54,396 nucleotides of DNA from Rhizaria sp. SCN 62-66 (Eukaryota), in NCBI GenBank assembly GCA_001724265.1, contig MEDY01000195.1, positions 1 to 54,396 on the forward strand. The letters run 5' to 3'. The notes beneath the pieces are model-generated. The model ran no database searches and had not been told where the DNA came from. It saw nothing but the letters and a program-made list of their open reading frames with translations. Shown piece after piece: positions 39,201 through 50,510 of the stretch. The position numbers and the translations under genes were made by a program. Each line of letters opens with the position of its first letter. Position 1 is the first letter of the stretch.

Positions 39201-40731
39201 TCGAAGTCGGCGAAGCTGTTGCTCACAGTCACCAGGCTGCTCTCGATCCAGGCCAGCGCGCTGCTCTGCGCCGCGGCCCGCTGTTGGCGTGCAGCGCCGT
39301 CGGCCGCCGCAAGTACGCTGTCAGTGACCGTGCGCAGCAGCTCCTGGCGGTACTCGCTGAGCAGACGTTCCCAGTGAACCCTGGACGGAGAAACAAAATA
39401 TAAGAGAATGTCAAGGTGAGATAAATACAATGAGCCAAACTAATATACCGCATCGACATTTACAAAGGATACGCATTAAACATCATATTTAGCGTATTTA
39501 TCGAATAAATCGTCGTTTTGTGAATGTTCACGCACCTTACGAGTGCCCTCGCCTCGTCCTCGGCCCGCTCCGTGGCGGCGACAGTCGCGAGCATGCGCCT
39601 CGACCGCTGCCCCGCCTCGGCGGCCGCCCGGGCCAGCAATACGCGCCGCAGCCGCAGCATCCGGCGGTGGCAGCGCGTGAGCCCGCGGCCCAGCGCGTGC
39701 AGCCAGCGGCGCTGCTATGAGAAAGCGGGTGCCAGCGGGGCGGTGAGCGCGTGCGCCGCGGCTGAGTAGGGGCACAGGAAGCATGGGTTGCCGACCAAAG
39801 TAACCGGGGGCGCGGAGGTGTAAGTGCTCGCGCTGGCGTCTAAGTGGCCACGGTCAGTGACGGCTTCGGCATCGCTAGCGTCGTCGCTGGCGTCATCGAC
39901 GATGTTCTCAGTGCGAGTATTAACTGTGAGGGATGCTGATGCGGTTGGAACGGGAGCCGCCTCTGCATCAGTCATGGACACAGTATGATCAGCAGCCCTC
40001 CCACTGCCACTGCCACTGTCACTGGCAGTCGCACTTTCACTCGTACACGTACTGCCACTGCCAGTCCCAGTCTCAATAGCAGAGGCAGTTGCATCATGAG
40101 CACCCGGCTCGTGAACTTCAGTCTCTGTCAAGACACCAGGTCCAGCCCCACCCGCAGCTGCGGCTTCCGCCTCGGTCTGCAGCATAGCTTCGTTGTCTGC
40201 GATGACGTTGCGACTCGTCTGCACGCTGTTGTAACGGAGACGAGTCGGAGAGTGTTCTGCAAAGGGACTCAGTCCCCTCAACGCAGCAGCGCGCCCAGTC
40301 CGAGGAGTAAATGCAACGCCAGCGTGAGCACCGCGGGCGCTCGCAGCGGGACTCGCGCCGCCGTCTGCGCCTCGAACGCTGGTGCTGCCATGGGCCCCGG
40401 TGCTAGTGTTATGGGCGCGAGCGTGTGCAATTGCAGTGCTGGAGCTGCCCCTCCGAGGGGTGGACTGCTCGCTGTTCAGCACAGCTGTCGCCGCCCCAGG
40501 GGAACGGATGTTAAACTGCGAGCCAGGGGTAGCGTTACTGCTGTTGCGACTATTCTGCGCAGCGGCGGCGGTTGAGGCAGAGTCTGCGTCTGAGGCTGAG
40601 GAGGCAGAGGACGTTGTTGGAGTCACTGGCGCTGCAGCGGTGGTTGCCTTTGTAGCGGGGCTCGGACCGTACAGTGGCACGGGCGTCGTTGGCACAACCC
40701 TGCGCGGGGTCGTGCGGCGGTGTGTGCTCAT
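30259..40731 (-). CDS. Divergent RAD51-paralog/RecA-fold-like protein (~3,403 aa) with a very large SQ-rich insertion; one in-frame TAG
   Basis: Exons 40731-39536, 39380-37751, 37644-30259 (10,212 nt); stop is TAA. RecA-family motifs appear in order: GFGAIDALLG, GLRAGSITELLAPPAHTQAWTAHLCL, RVMWVDCSGG, LSRIEV, VALLVLPCLDRVF, LLHRIARECGVAVLVTN, RPKLGRVWGLGVDRRLLL. The model requires reading through TAG at 39717-39715. Confidence 0.7.
39715..39717 (-). other. In-frame TAG (codon 339) inside exon 1 of the RAD51-paralog-like gene
   Basis: ...GCT TTC TCA TAG CAG CGC CGC TGG... The frame continues into ORF 39460..39660 (offset 54 nt) and on to the splice donor at 39535. Confidence 0.8.
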
Positions 40732-41214
40732 TTTTGAGCGTTATGATAAGCAAAGGTTAGGCAGACCTGGACAGAGGAAGGCGCGGAAACATGAGACAAA
40801 AAAACCAACCTTAAGTGGGTCGAGATCAAGGATCCAAGAGAATATATTTTAAAAACAAATATGAAACAAACATTGAAATATGATATCATGCTCGATGTGC
40901 TATACGACGATCAAATAATGTTCTGTCTAAGTGAAAGTTTGGAGTCCCACGAAGTCTGCCACAAGGCGGGGCAAGCGCGCGACTTTAAATTCGCGTTTGT
41001 GGTTAGATTGACAAAACACGACTAAAGGAGGTGTGTACTAGACTCAAAGAACGTGTATTATTATAAACCAATTCCACAATATCACAAAACTACTACTATG
41101 TACTAAAATAAACAAAGGCGTGCATCTCGCGCCTTATCTCCTCAACGCACAAACATTTCTCCGCCGACAAAGCTCACATGTGTCGGTGCTTTGCGGCCGC
41201 TCACTGCCGGTTGC

Positions 41215-42684
41215 TTACCGGTAGAGCAGGATGGGGAAGTTCTCCGTGACCATGTGGTCGCCCTCGAAAAGCACGATGAGGTTGACCTCGAACTCAACCT
41301 TGAACTGCTTCGTCACAGTCGTGCAGCAGGTGAAGAGCCTAAAACATATAACAAGGACAAAAGCAAGGATTTGAAACACAAGGTGTGAGACTATCAAGAT
41401 AAAAGCAACAATATACGTGTATACCAATACAAATGTTGTTCAAATTGAGTTGTTAAGACAGAGCAAGGTATGCGTCGTCAAAGGCGTTATTTAGTAGTGT
41501 TGAGCGACGTACCTAGGGAAGACCATGTGAATGGGGATGGCGAGGTTGCGGACGGCGTTGCCGTCGGCGATCTGGATGTTCTGGATCTCGGTCGCCTCCC
41601 TGGTCTCGCCTTCAACGTGAGAGCACGTCTCGACGCGCACGAGTTGCAGCTCGATGGAGCGGATGTTGACGGGGCACTTCTTGATCGTGATCTCGCCCTC
41701 GAAAGCCTCTGAGATGGCACAGCGCACGCGGTTCAGGTGGCCCTCGAACAGGAACTCGGGGATCTTTTTCTTGGACGACTCCTTGACGTTGAGCAGCGAC
41801 TCGGGCGAGATGCGAAACTTGAACGGCTTGGACGCGCGCGCCGTCTCCATCACCTCGGGGTCCCGGTTCAGCTCCACGTAAAACTCCCGCACTTCCTTGA
41901 GCGTGGACGAGAACATGGAGCGCGGCATCTCGACCGCGCACGAGTAGCGCACATTGACGTACACGCCGTGGTAGGTGTCGTGCAGCTGCGAGCCGCTGAG
42001 CGGCTTCAGCACAAACTCGAACGGGAACTCGGTCACGCCCTCGGGCTGCGAGGGTTAGAGATGGATCGAAGGCAACAAAGAGAAGCACGGGAAACCAAGA
42101 GGCGAAAGAAACATTGAGGATATGAGCATGGGTATTGACATGACATGAATGAAAAGTGGATACACAGGTATAATGGCATCAAAATCCACTGACTCCAAAT
42201 TGATTCTGGCAAAGACATTTCTTGTCGATCAGGAGGGATGATATACTGAGTAACAAGTATCTCATTTGCATAACAGTGCAACGTACGACTTTGCCGGCGG
42301 GCGTGACGGGAATCTCGTAGTACACGAGGGGCTGGGGCTTGACACTAGAGTAGAAGGCCTCGAAAATGCCGACACTGCGCGCGCTGAGCTGGAGATTGAC
42401 GCTGCCCTCGACGATGACGTTGATACCGGCGTGCTTGGCAGGGCTCGAGTCGCGGTTCACGACGACGACGACGCCGCTCACCTGCGGGGATTACGCAATA
42501 ATACAGCATTACCAAGAGTGAGAAACGTAAGATATTGTCAGAATAGAAACTGATATATAAGCGCATTCAATGTTAGTTGTCGGCATAAAGAATTGATGGC
42601 GTGGCGTTGGCTGGAATAGAGACGAACCTTCTCACCGGGGTGGTAGCTCCTGTTGACGCGGTTGAACTTGACGTCGATGGACAT
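41215..42684 (-). CDS. VPS26C: VPS26C/DSCR3 (retriever complex subunit), ~302 aa
   Basis: Exons 42684-42628, 42481-42287, 42045-41513, 41338-41215; stop is TAA. Motifs: EGSVNLQLSARSVGIFEAFYSSVKP, TYHGVYVNVRY, IRSIELQLVRVETC, ATEIQNIQIADG, PIHMVFPRLFTC, FKVEFEVNL, TENFP. An alternative in-frame ATG exists at 42732. Confidence 0.95.
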
Positions 42685-43014
42685 CGTGGAGGAAGACGCC
42701 GAGGCGCTTCCGGAAGTAGATGACGGCTTCATCTGACACTGACGTACTAACCTCAGGTCTCAGAGAGCTTACTGACGGTATGCTGACGGCAATATCCATC
42801 GAGGAAGATTGAACTACGTCACTCCCTCGGCCAGCCTTGCTCTAAGCAAGATCGGTTCGTAAAAAATGCCGGCCGACCGTTGACTGAGAGACGGGAAGGT
42901 TCCTCGTCAAGAATCATCGAGATTGACTTCTTCTGATCGTCACATTGTATCATCTATCAACTATCAGACTTAACATAACGCCTATATACTCTGTTTTTAT
43001 TTTATAGCGCCCAC

Positions 43015-43681
43015 ATGGCTCGCAGTAAGCTCGTGGGTGGTGGGACGAAGAGGACCTCGACAACCCCCATGCCCCACCCTTCTGCCTACTCTCGCCCAGG
43101 TACGTTCCACTTTTCGATTTTCAGTTTGAGCGGTGAAATGCAATTGTTACATCAAAGCATAACTTATTGTATTCTATGAACCTGTTCGACACTTCTCACT
43201 CATCGTAACACTCTCCGTGCCCTTCCTGTTCCCTTTCGCGCCATGTAACACACTTTCGCTCGTGTTGCTTTCTCCATGCGCAGCCCCCGGCTACGTCCCC
43301 TCGTCTTCCTCCACCTCCGCCGCCGCGTCGGCGTCCGCGTCTGCCGCGGCCGCCGCGGACGGCTACGACCGGCCGGCGCGCATGCGGCCCGGCTTCCGCG
43401 CGCTGCAGGAGATCCGCCACTACCAGCGCTCGAGCGAGCTGCTCATCCGCCGGCTCCCCTTCGCGCGCCTCGTCCGCGCCGTCGCGGAGACGCACCAGCG
43501 CCGCACCGTCTTCCGCTGGCAGGCATCGGCGCTGCTGGCGCTGCAGGAGGCTGCGGAGGCGTTTCTGGTGCAGCTGTTCGAGGACGCGAACCTGTGCGCC
43601 ATCCACGCCAAGCGCGTCACCGTTCAGCCGCGCGACATGATCCTCGCGCGCCGCATCCGCCGCTTCGACTTCCCCTCATAA
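43015..43681 (+). CDS. CENH3: Centromeric histone H3 variant (CenH3/CENP-A), ~160 aa
   Basis: Exons 43015-43099 and 43284-43681; stop is TAA. The H3 histone fold shows CenH3 hallmarks: divergent N-tail (MARSK then unrelated), PFARLVR in place of PFQRLVR, loop 1 two residues longer, RWQ in place of RFQ. Confidence 0.88.
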
Positions 43682-44978
43682 GCGATCGTCGGGCCGGTGG
43701 GACTCCCTATAGACAGCGCCGCAAACGCACTTCACGGCAGACAGCTTGCAAATATCACTCTTTTCCTCGCAGTGTCTCCCGGTGTGTCTGCTGCTGTGCG
43801 TTGCGCTGCTGCATTAGGGCCGTCTTCTATGCCGATTTCGGGTTGAGTTTGAGCTTGTTTTGAACCCAGCCAGGCTCTGGCTTTGGTTTTTAATAGGCTC
43901 TAGTTTTTACGTTACAAAGTTCCTTTCGCTCGCATCTGGTTCTCTCCTTGCTGTGCGAGTGTTTTCTACGTTAGATTTTCACTTGATATTGTTTTCTTCA
44001 GTTTATGTCACTAAATTGATTGCTTCATACGGTGCTATGTTGGCTCCGCTTTCGCTCGAGGCGTCTTGGGCTGCAATACACATCACATGTTCCAACTCAT
44101 GCAGTAAGTTTTGATATCGTGAGCAAATTGCGTTAATCTATTGATGCTACTATGCTATACGGGAGTAATTTGCTACTAGGTCTCTGTGATGTGTAAACGA
44201 ACACCACTCCGTCAGTTGGACGATCCAAGCAACTGTGCGCTTGTCTGCTCAGCATTCCAGTGAAGAGTATGCAAAAGCAGCCTGCTTGTTCTAATCGAAG
44301 ACTAGAAGCAAGAGCTGCGTTCGATGTTCGTTGTTGCTTTTCCTGTGTGATACAGTCACGCGCTCATAATACACCACCACTAATGCAACACACAGGTACG
44401 CGGACGCACGATGCAAGTATCTTCGTGTAAGTAGGCGCACGAGTGTGGTGAGTAAGTGGCGATGCAGAGCAGCGAATTGAGACGATATCGAGAAACAACA
44501 ACAAAACGAAGCAACGGCAAATAAAACAACATGTAAGCAGTGTCGTGACTAACCACAATACGAATGAATACAGTCATCATGCGGGATAGATTTGGCGTCC
44601 GAGGATGACAAGACATCAAGCACTGGCGTAGAGAGCGCTGCTGTCAATGTTGAAAGAAACAAACTTGAGAATAATAGTATACAAGAAAGCTAAAAAAAAA
44701 GCAAATGTTATACGCTTGTGTGTCAAGATCATTAATAATGTCAGAGACATCAAACAAAATAAGCAAGTCAAATTCATCTGGATTTTCGTCGAAAAACAGG
44801 AAAAAATGAGGCAGAAGTTACGTTGCGCTTGGAAATGAGAATAATCAAAAAAACAAAAACACCACACAACACCCGCAAGAGAAATACGTCTTTGCAGATG
44901 CAGCGTGTTGTAAAGATCTTCCCGAGCCTCTTAAGCTCCTTCGCGGACCGCAGAGTCTCCTTTCTGAAGCGAGAAAGC

Positions 44979-47900
44979 TTACTGGAGGCCGATGGAGTTG
45001 AGGGCGTAAATAAGGATGATGGAGAGCGGGAAGAGCGCAAGTACGACGGCGGCCTGCCACATCTTGATCGTCTGGCGCGTGCCGATGCAGCCGACGATGA
45101 AGGTGACGGCGAGGATGCCCGTGACCTCGGCCGTGTAAGTCCACGCGAGCCCGCGGAAGTAGACGAGGCCGAGGAAGATCGACAGGCAGAAGGTGTTGTT
45201 CATGGTGGCGGCGCCGTAAAGCGACGAGAGCGTGAGCCCCATCGCCATGTCGGTCTTCTTGGCCGCGAAGCGCAGCGACGCGATAACCTCGGAGGCGTTG
45301 GACGCGAGCGGGGTGACGATGAACGAGACGTAGAAAGCCGGGATTGAGAGCTTCTCGCCGACGCAGCCGATGACGTCGACCATGGGGTCCGCAAAGATGG
45401 ACACGCAAAGCGTGCCGCCGAGGATGAAGATGGCGGCCCAGCGGAGCTTCTGGCTCGAGGTCATGGCGGCGTGGCCGTGGTCGCCGTCCTCGTCGTCGTC
45501 TTCGTCGTCGTCGCTGCCCGCCGCGCCGTCGTCGCCGCCGCCGACGATGGCAATGCCTTCGTAGCCGTCGCCGCTGTTGAGCAGCCCGTAGCCGTTCTTG
45601 GTCGTCGTGAGCGCGTGCTTGCCGGCGTTGGTCGGGGAGTTGGAGCCGGAGTTAGAGCCGGAGCCGACGAGGGGCTGGACCTCGCTGCTGGCGCCGGCCT
45701 TGCTCTCATCCGCGTCCGCGGGCCCGTGGTAGGGCGAGGCGTGATGCGACACGGCGGCGGGCTCGACCAGGTTGACCAGCAGCAGCCGCACCTCGTCCTT
45801 GGTGAGGCGGCAGTCAAGGTCAGAGTCGTGCGAGTAAAAGAGGAACTTGACCTGCGTGCGCGTCAGCGGCAGGCTGAAGCGCGTCGAGAAGGCCTCGAAC
45901 GCGTCCAGGCCCACAGTCGTCGCAGACCTAGAGCAGCAGTTGTGACGCAGGAGAGGGATGGAAGTGACAAGTGAGAATAAAAGTGAGACATCTGACGATA
46001 CATATGATTTCAATTAACGATAGAATTTGAAAGGAATAGTAATAACACAAAAATCTACATAATATATAGTCAGTGATATAAATATTACTGACTATATGTA
46101 CATCAAAAACAATTCTTTTGTGAAGATTTTCCAGTGAAGTGAACCGAAGCAAAAGACGTACTTGGAGCCTGCGCCGAGCGCGGTCGCGAAGAGCTTGTCG
46201 AAGACGGCGGCATCCTGCTGTGCCAGCACGGCGTAGGACACCTGCAGTTGGTCCAGCGAGGCGGTGTGGTTGTGGTTGAAGTACTGCGTGAGCTTGGGCG
46301 AGGCGCAGGCCCAGGCCGGCACGCCCGGGTGCAGCGCCTGGCGCTGGGGCTTCGTCGCTGAGGCCGCGGCTGACGACGCGGGGTCGACCTTGGTGACGTC
46401 GAGGTGGCGCGTGTGGCCAGCGACGCCCGAGGAGACGGAGTCGCCCGCGGCGGCGGCGGCCACGGCGGCGGCGGTGACCGATGGCGAGGAGAAGGTCGCG
46501 GCCGCGATGGCCTCGGCGCTGGCGTCGTGCGCGTGCGTCGACAGCGCGAACGCCGCAGTGGGGGCATAAGCGGCCGCCCAGGCGTGGAGCAAGTAGCGGG
46601 AGGCCTGGGTAAGCGTGAGCGTGATCGTGGTCTGCGCGGGGTCCGCCAGGAAGGCCTCGATCTGGCGCCGAGTGTCGGCGGCCAGCGCGGCGGGCACGCG
46701 GTGCGTCGCGGCCGCGGCGTCGGCGGCGGGCGCGGGCTGCGCCGAGAGGTACTGCGGGAGCAGGTAGTCTTCGATCCAGTTGACGAACTCGGCGCGGTTG
46801 ATGCTGCCTGTGCCGTCGTGGTCGACCATGTTGAAGGAGGCGCGCGCCTGCGCATCGTCGAAGGCGTAGCCAATGCTCTCCCAGCCGCGGCGCATCTCGG
46901 CGAAGTCGATCTCGCCGTTCTGGTCGTGGTCGAACAGCGAGAACAGGCGCTCGGCGTCGGTAAAGGGGTCTGCGCCGCCCAGGATGTGCGTCAGGTTGGA
47001 GAAGGCATCGACCGTTGTCCAGTTCTCCTCGAGGCGGCGCTGCTTCTCGCGGACCGTCTCGATGGCGTCGCCGTCGGTGTAGATCCAGTAGACGTAGCCC
47101 AGGAAGGCCAGGAAGGCGATGACGAAGCCGAAGAGTGCGAATTTGGACTCGTGCGCCGCGCCGTGATCCGCGTCCTGCATGTAGAAGAAGGCGGGGACCT
47201 GGATCAGCAGGTACACCAGCGCTGTCGCCATCATAACCCTGCGGGCGAACAGAGGAACCAACAACGAGTGACGGAGTCAGAGTTTTGATAATTGAGAGGA
47301 TTTCGAGAGTATATCGACGATTTGCAAAATAAAATTGAAGTGGTAAGCAATAATTAATGAAAAACACTTAACAAAAATAGAGTAAATATGAGCGATATTT
47401 CTCGACGTACCAGGCGCCCTTGGGCGTGGTGTTGATCGAGGTGGCGCCATTGCGAGTCCAGGAGAACTTCTTGGGCGCGACGGGGACCAGCACGGACACG
47501 GTCTTAGACTCGACGGCGCCGGTAACCTTGTTGAGGACCTTCTTGACCTGCTTGCGCTCGCGCATCTGCGCGCGGCCCTCACGGCCGCCGATTGCGCGGC
47601 GGTTGAGGTAGATGCCGACGCTGTAGGGGATGGTGAGGAGCATGATGGTGGAGCCGGCGAGCGTGCCGACGCCGATGTTGAGCTCCTCCTGGACCGTCTC
47701 AATGTCGCCCAGGCCGGACATGAGGATCATCATGCCGTCGGGAAAGGCACCCAGGATCGGGATGAGCACGCCGCCCACGATGCCGGGGCCGCAGACGTCG
47801 AGCAGGAACTCGCAGCCCTCGGCCATGAACTGGCTCGCGTTGAGCAGGATGTAGCCGTCTATAATATCAGTGAAACAGAGTGCAGAGAAAGTTCGATGCT

Positions 47901-48059
47901 AGATAAGAAAGTATTCTACAGGAAAACAGTAGTGGCTGTTGGTTATATGCGTTGTTTAGAGAAGTTGGCGACGGGAAAAGAGCGAGACGTACAGACGACG
48001 GTAAGGAAGAGGAGAGGCCCGAGCTCGAGCCCCTCGGTGGGAACAAACCACTCACCCAT
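44979..48059 (-). CDS. EF-hand-containing cation/Ca2+ exchanger (NCL/EF-CAX-like, CaCA superfamily), ~846 aa
   Basis: Exons 48059-47993, 47858-47411, 47238-46162, 45927-44979; stop is TAA. Alpha-repeat motifs GPGIVGGVLIPILGAFPDGMMILMSGL, GVGTLAGSTIMLLT and SFIVTPLASNASE...LYGAATMNN. EF-hands DHDQNGEIDFAE, DHDGTGSINRAE, DSDLDCRLTKDE. Confidence 0.9.
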
Positions 48060-48690
48060 TGAAGCAGAGCGGCTACGCAAGACAAAAAGTGGCGCGGATA
48101 AAGCAGTGGCAAAGACGATAAGGTGAGAAAAGTAAGCTTAGTGCATCGGTGAATGAGCGGGAAAGGCGCAACTCTGGTTGTGGTGGCGGCAACGTCATTG
48201 GTAATTGGATGTCCTTGGCAGCTATGATAAGCAAGTGAATCCCGATGCGTAATTAAAAAATAATACAGAGTAACACAGAAAAAACACACTAAACAACGTC
48301 TCACTTCTTGTGATGATAGCGATCAAGCGTGAGATACGTTCTTGTAAAACGCCTCCAAGACCTCCTTCGCCGCAGATTCGTGCCTCTGCGAACTGGGCGT
48401 CGACTCGTGCCAAATTCAACACACTCTACAGACGTGAAACATCCGTCTATGGGGGAAAAAGCGCATGTTTAGCGTTTTAAGTACTGTATTATTACTAATA
48501 CATTTGCAGCAGTACCTCCGTCTTGCTTCATGCTGTGTATTTGCCAAACCATCTCACCCTGAATGCTTCCCCCTGGCAACCCAACGACTCTCCTCCAGCC
48601 TCCACGCCCCACCAGCACAACACGCCCACCACTCCACCCTGCAAGCTCGCCTTCAACCCTAAGCCCTGCTTGCCACCCTTACGCTGACCG

Positions 48691-50510
48691 ATGTCCCGCG
48701 GCCTGGGCAACGTGCTCTCGACCGTGGCAACCGCGGCCGCGGCGCTCGCGCTCGCCGTGCTTTGGCGCCGCCGCTCCGCCGCCTCGCGTGCGCGCCTCCG
48801 CGCAGCGCGGCTTAACTTCCTCGTCGCGCACCGCTTTTCCACGCAGAAGTTCACTATCCTCCACGCGCTCTCATCGACTTCGCAGCTCTTCTCGAGCTCG
48901 GCGGCGGGCGCGGCCAACGGCGACGGCGGCTCCCTCCTGTCGTCGTCCCCGTCGTCGCAGTCCCCGTCGTCGTCGCCGTGGGGCGCCGTGCGGTCACCGT
49001 TCTCGGTGGCGACGCTGGTGCGCCTGCACGCGGCGTTTGTGGCCGCCTCCGAGCACCCCCAGCACGGCGTGCTGTCCTACGCGGCCGCCATGCGGCTGTT
49101 CATGGCGCCGCCGCTGTCCTCGTCCAGCAGCAGCAGCAGCAGCAGCAACAGCAACAGCAGCAGCAATGGTCCCAGCGCCAGCGCCAGCGCGAGTGCGAGC
49201 GCAGGTGAGAGTGGGAGTGCGAGCGTTATGAGTGAGGATGGCTCTGCGAAGGAAGGCCGTTTCAACCCGGACGCTGAAGAGAACTCGACCGTCCTCCCTT
49301 CTGCTTCTTCCAACGAAAGCAGCAATGGTCACGACAGCAAAAACAGCAACAGCAGCAGCAGCAGTAGTGCGGGGAGCGCTAGGCCGCGCCGCCGCAAGGA
49401 CGGCCTGCTGTACGGCGGCCTTGGCATCACGGACCCGCTTTCCGCCGACCTGCTCTTCAGTTTACTGGACCGCGAGCACCAGGTACGTGCACTCTCCGTG
49501 TGTGGTTATTGCTCAAAACATGATACTGATGATTTGGATCAATTGCTGGTGATTATGTGCTATCACATATTATTAACTGATCATGCTCGTATTTCATGTT
49601 TATTCCCTGTCCCGTACTGTGTACATATTGCTTCCCTGCGCTTTTACTCCGTTCTGCCTCTGCTCTGCTCCGTCACCACCTCTGTCACTCACCATTGCAG
49701 GGCTGCATTAGCTTCGCCGCCCTCGTCGACCGGCTCACGGTCGTCACGGCGGGCGCCGACGCTGACGCGCTGTCGGACGCCTTTGCCGTGCTGGACGGCG
49801 AGCGCCGGGGCGAGATGACCGCGGGCGAGGTTGCCAACCTGGTCACGGCGCTGGCTCCGCTGCCGGGCCAGGAGGCGCAGGTCGCGGGCGTGCTCAGCTA
49901 CCTGGTACGTCCGCACGCTAATCACGAAATGAAATCTTTCTTGATGAAACATCCGGTTTGAGGGATGTAATGTTTGTTCTTCTATATGCAACGAGATTAT
50001 GCATCGAAATTTACTTCTCAATTTCTATTCACATTTATTTTATGTTTGTTATTCGCGTATTCCTCGGCACAGCAAACCTATCACGGCATCACCCCCGCCC
50101 AGCCCGCTCTGCCCATCGCAGTCGACCCCGACGCCGACGCCGACGCCGACGGCGCCTTCGACGCCGAGGCCGCCGCCGCGGCGCAGCATGCCTGCTCCCC
50201 GCTGGACCCTCCCTCCTCGTTCCTGTCCTTTCTCTTCTCGCCCCGGTCCAGCGGCTCCCAGCCCCTCACGGCCTCCACTTGGGCCGCCGTCGCAGACGCC
50301 GCCGCCTTCCCGGTCGACTGGACCTTCCCGCTCTCGGCCGCGTTGGCCGCCGCGTTCGGCGTCGATTTCGCGGCCGAGCGCGCGCGCTGCGTGCGGGAGG
50401 CGCAGCACGGACACAGCGGCGGCGGTCGCGGTCACGGTCCCAATGACAGTCACGGTCAGTGCCAGTGCTGCTGCGGCGCGGCGAGCCACGCAGGGGCAAA
50501 AACGGGGTGA
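48691..50510 (+). CDS. EF-hand protein of calcineurin-B/NCS-like type with an N-terminal hydrophobic anchor, ~477 aa
   Basis: Exons 48691-49482, 49701-49904, 50073-50510; stop is TGA. The spliced EF-hand pair reads LFSLLDREHQGCISFAALV...AFAVLDGERRGEMTAGEV. The N-terminus is VLSTVATAAAALALAVLWRRR. Confidence 0.7.

Noticed and set aside
30259-43681. RAD51-like and CenH3 genes as a chromosome-biology cluster
   Set aside because: They are separated by the unrelated VPS26C, and nothing beyond proximity links them.
43015-43681. Calling the histone a canonical H3/H3.3
   Set aside because: It lacks the ARTKQTARKS tail and has CenH3-diagnostic substitutions and a longer loop 1.
44277-44318. Short imperfect hairpin in the CenH3-exchanger intergenic region
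   Set aside because: Several mismatches and bulges make it compatible with chance.
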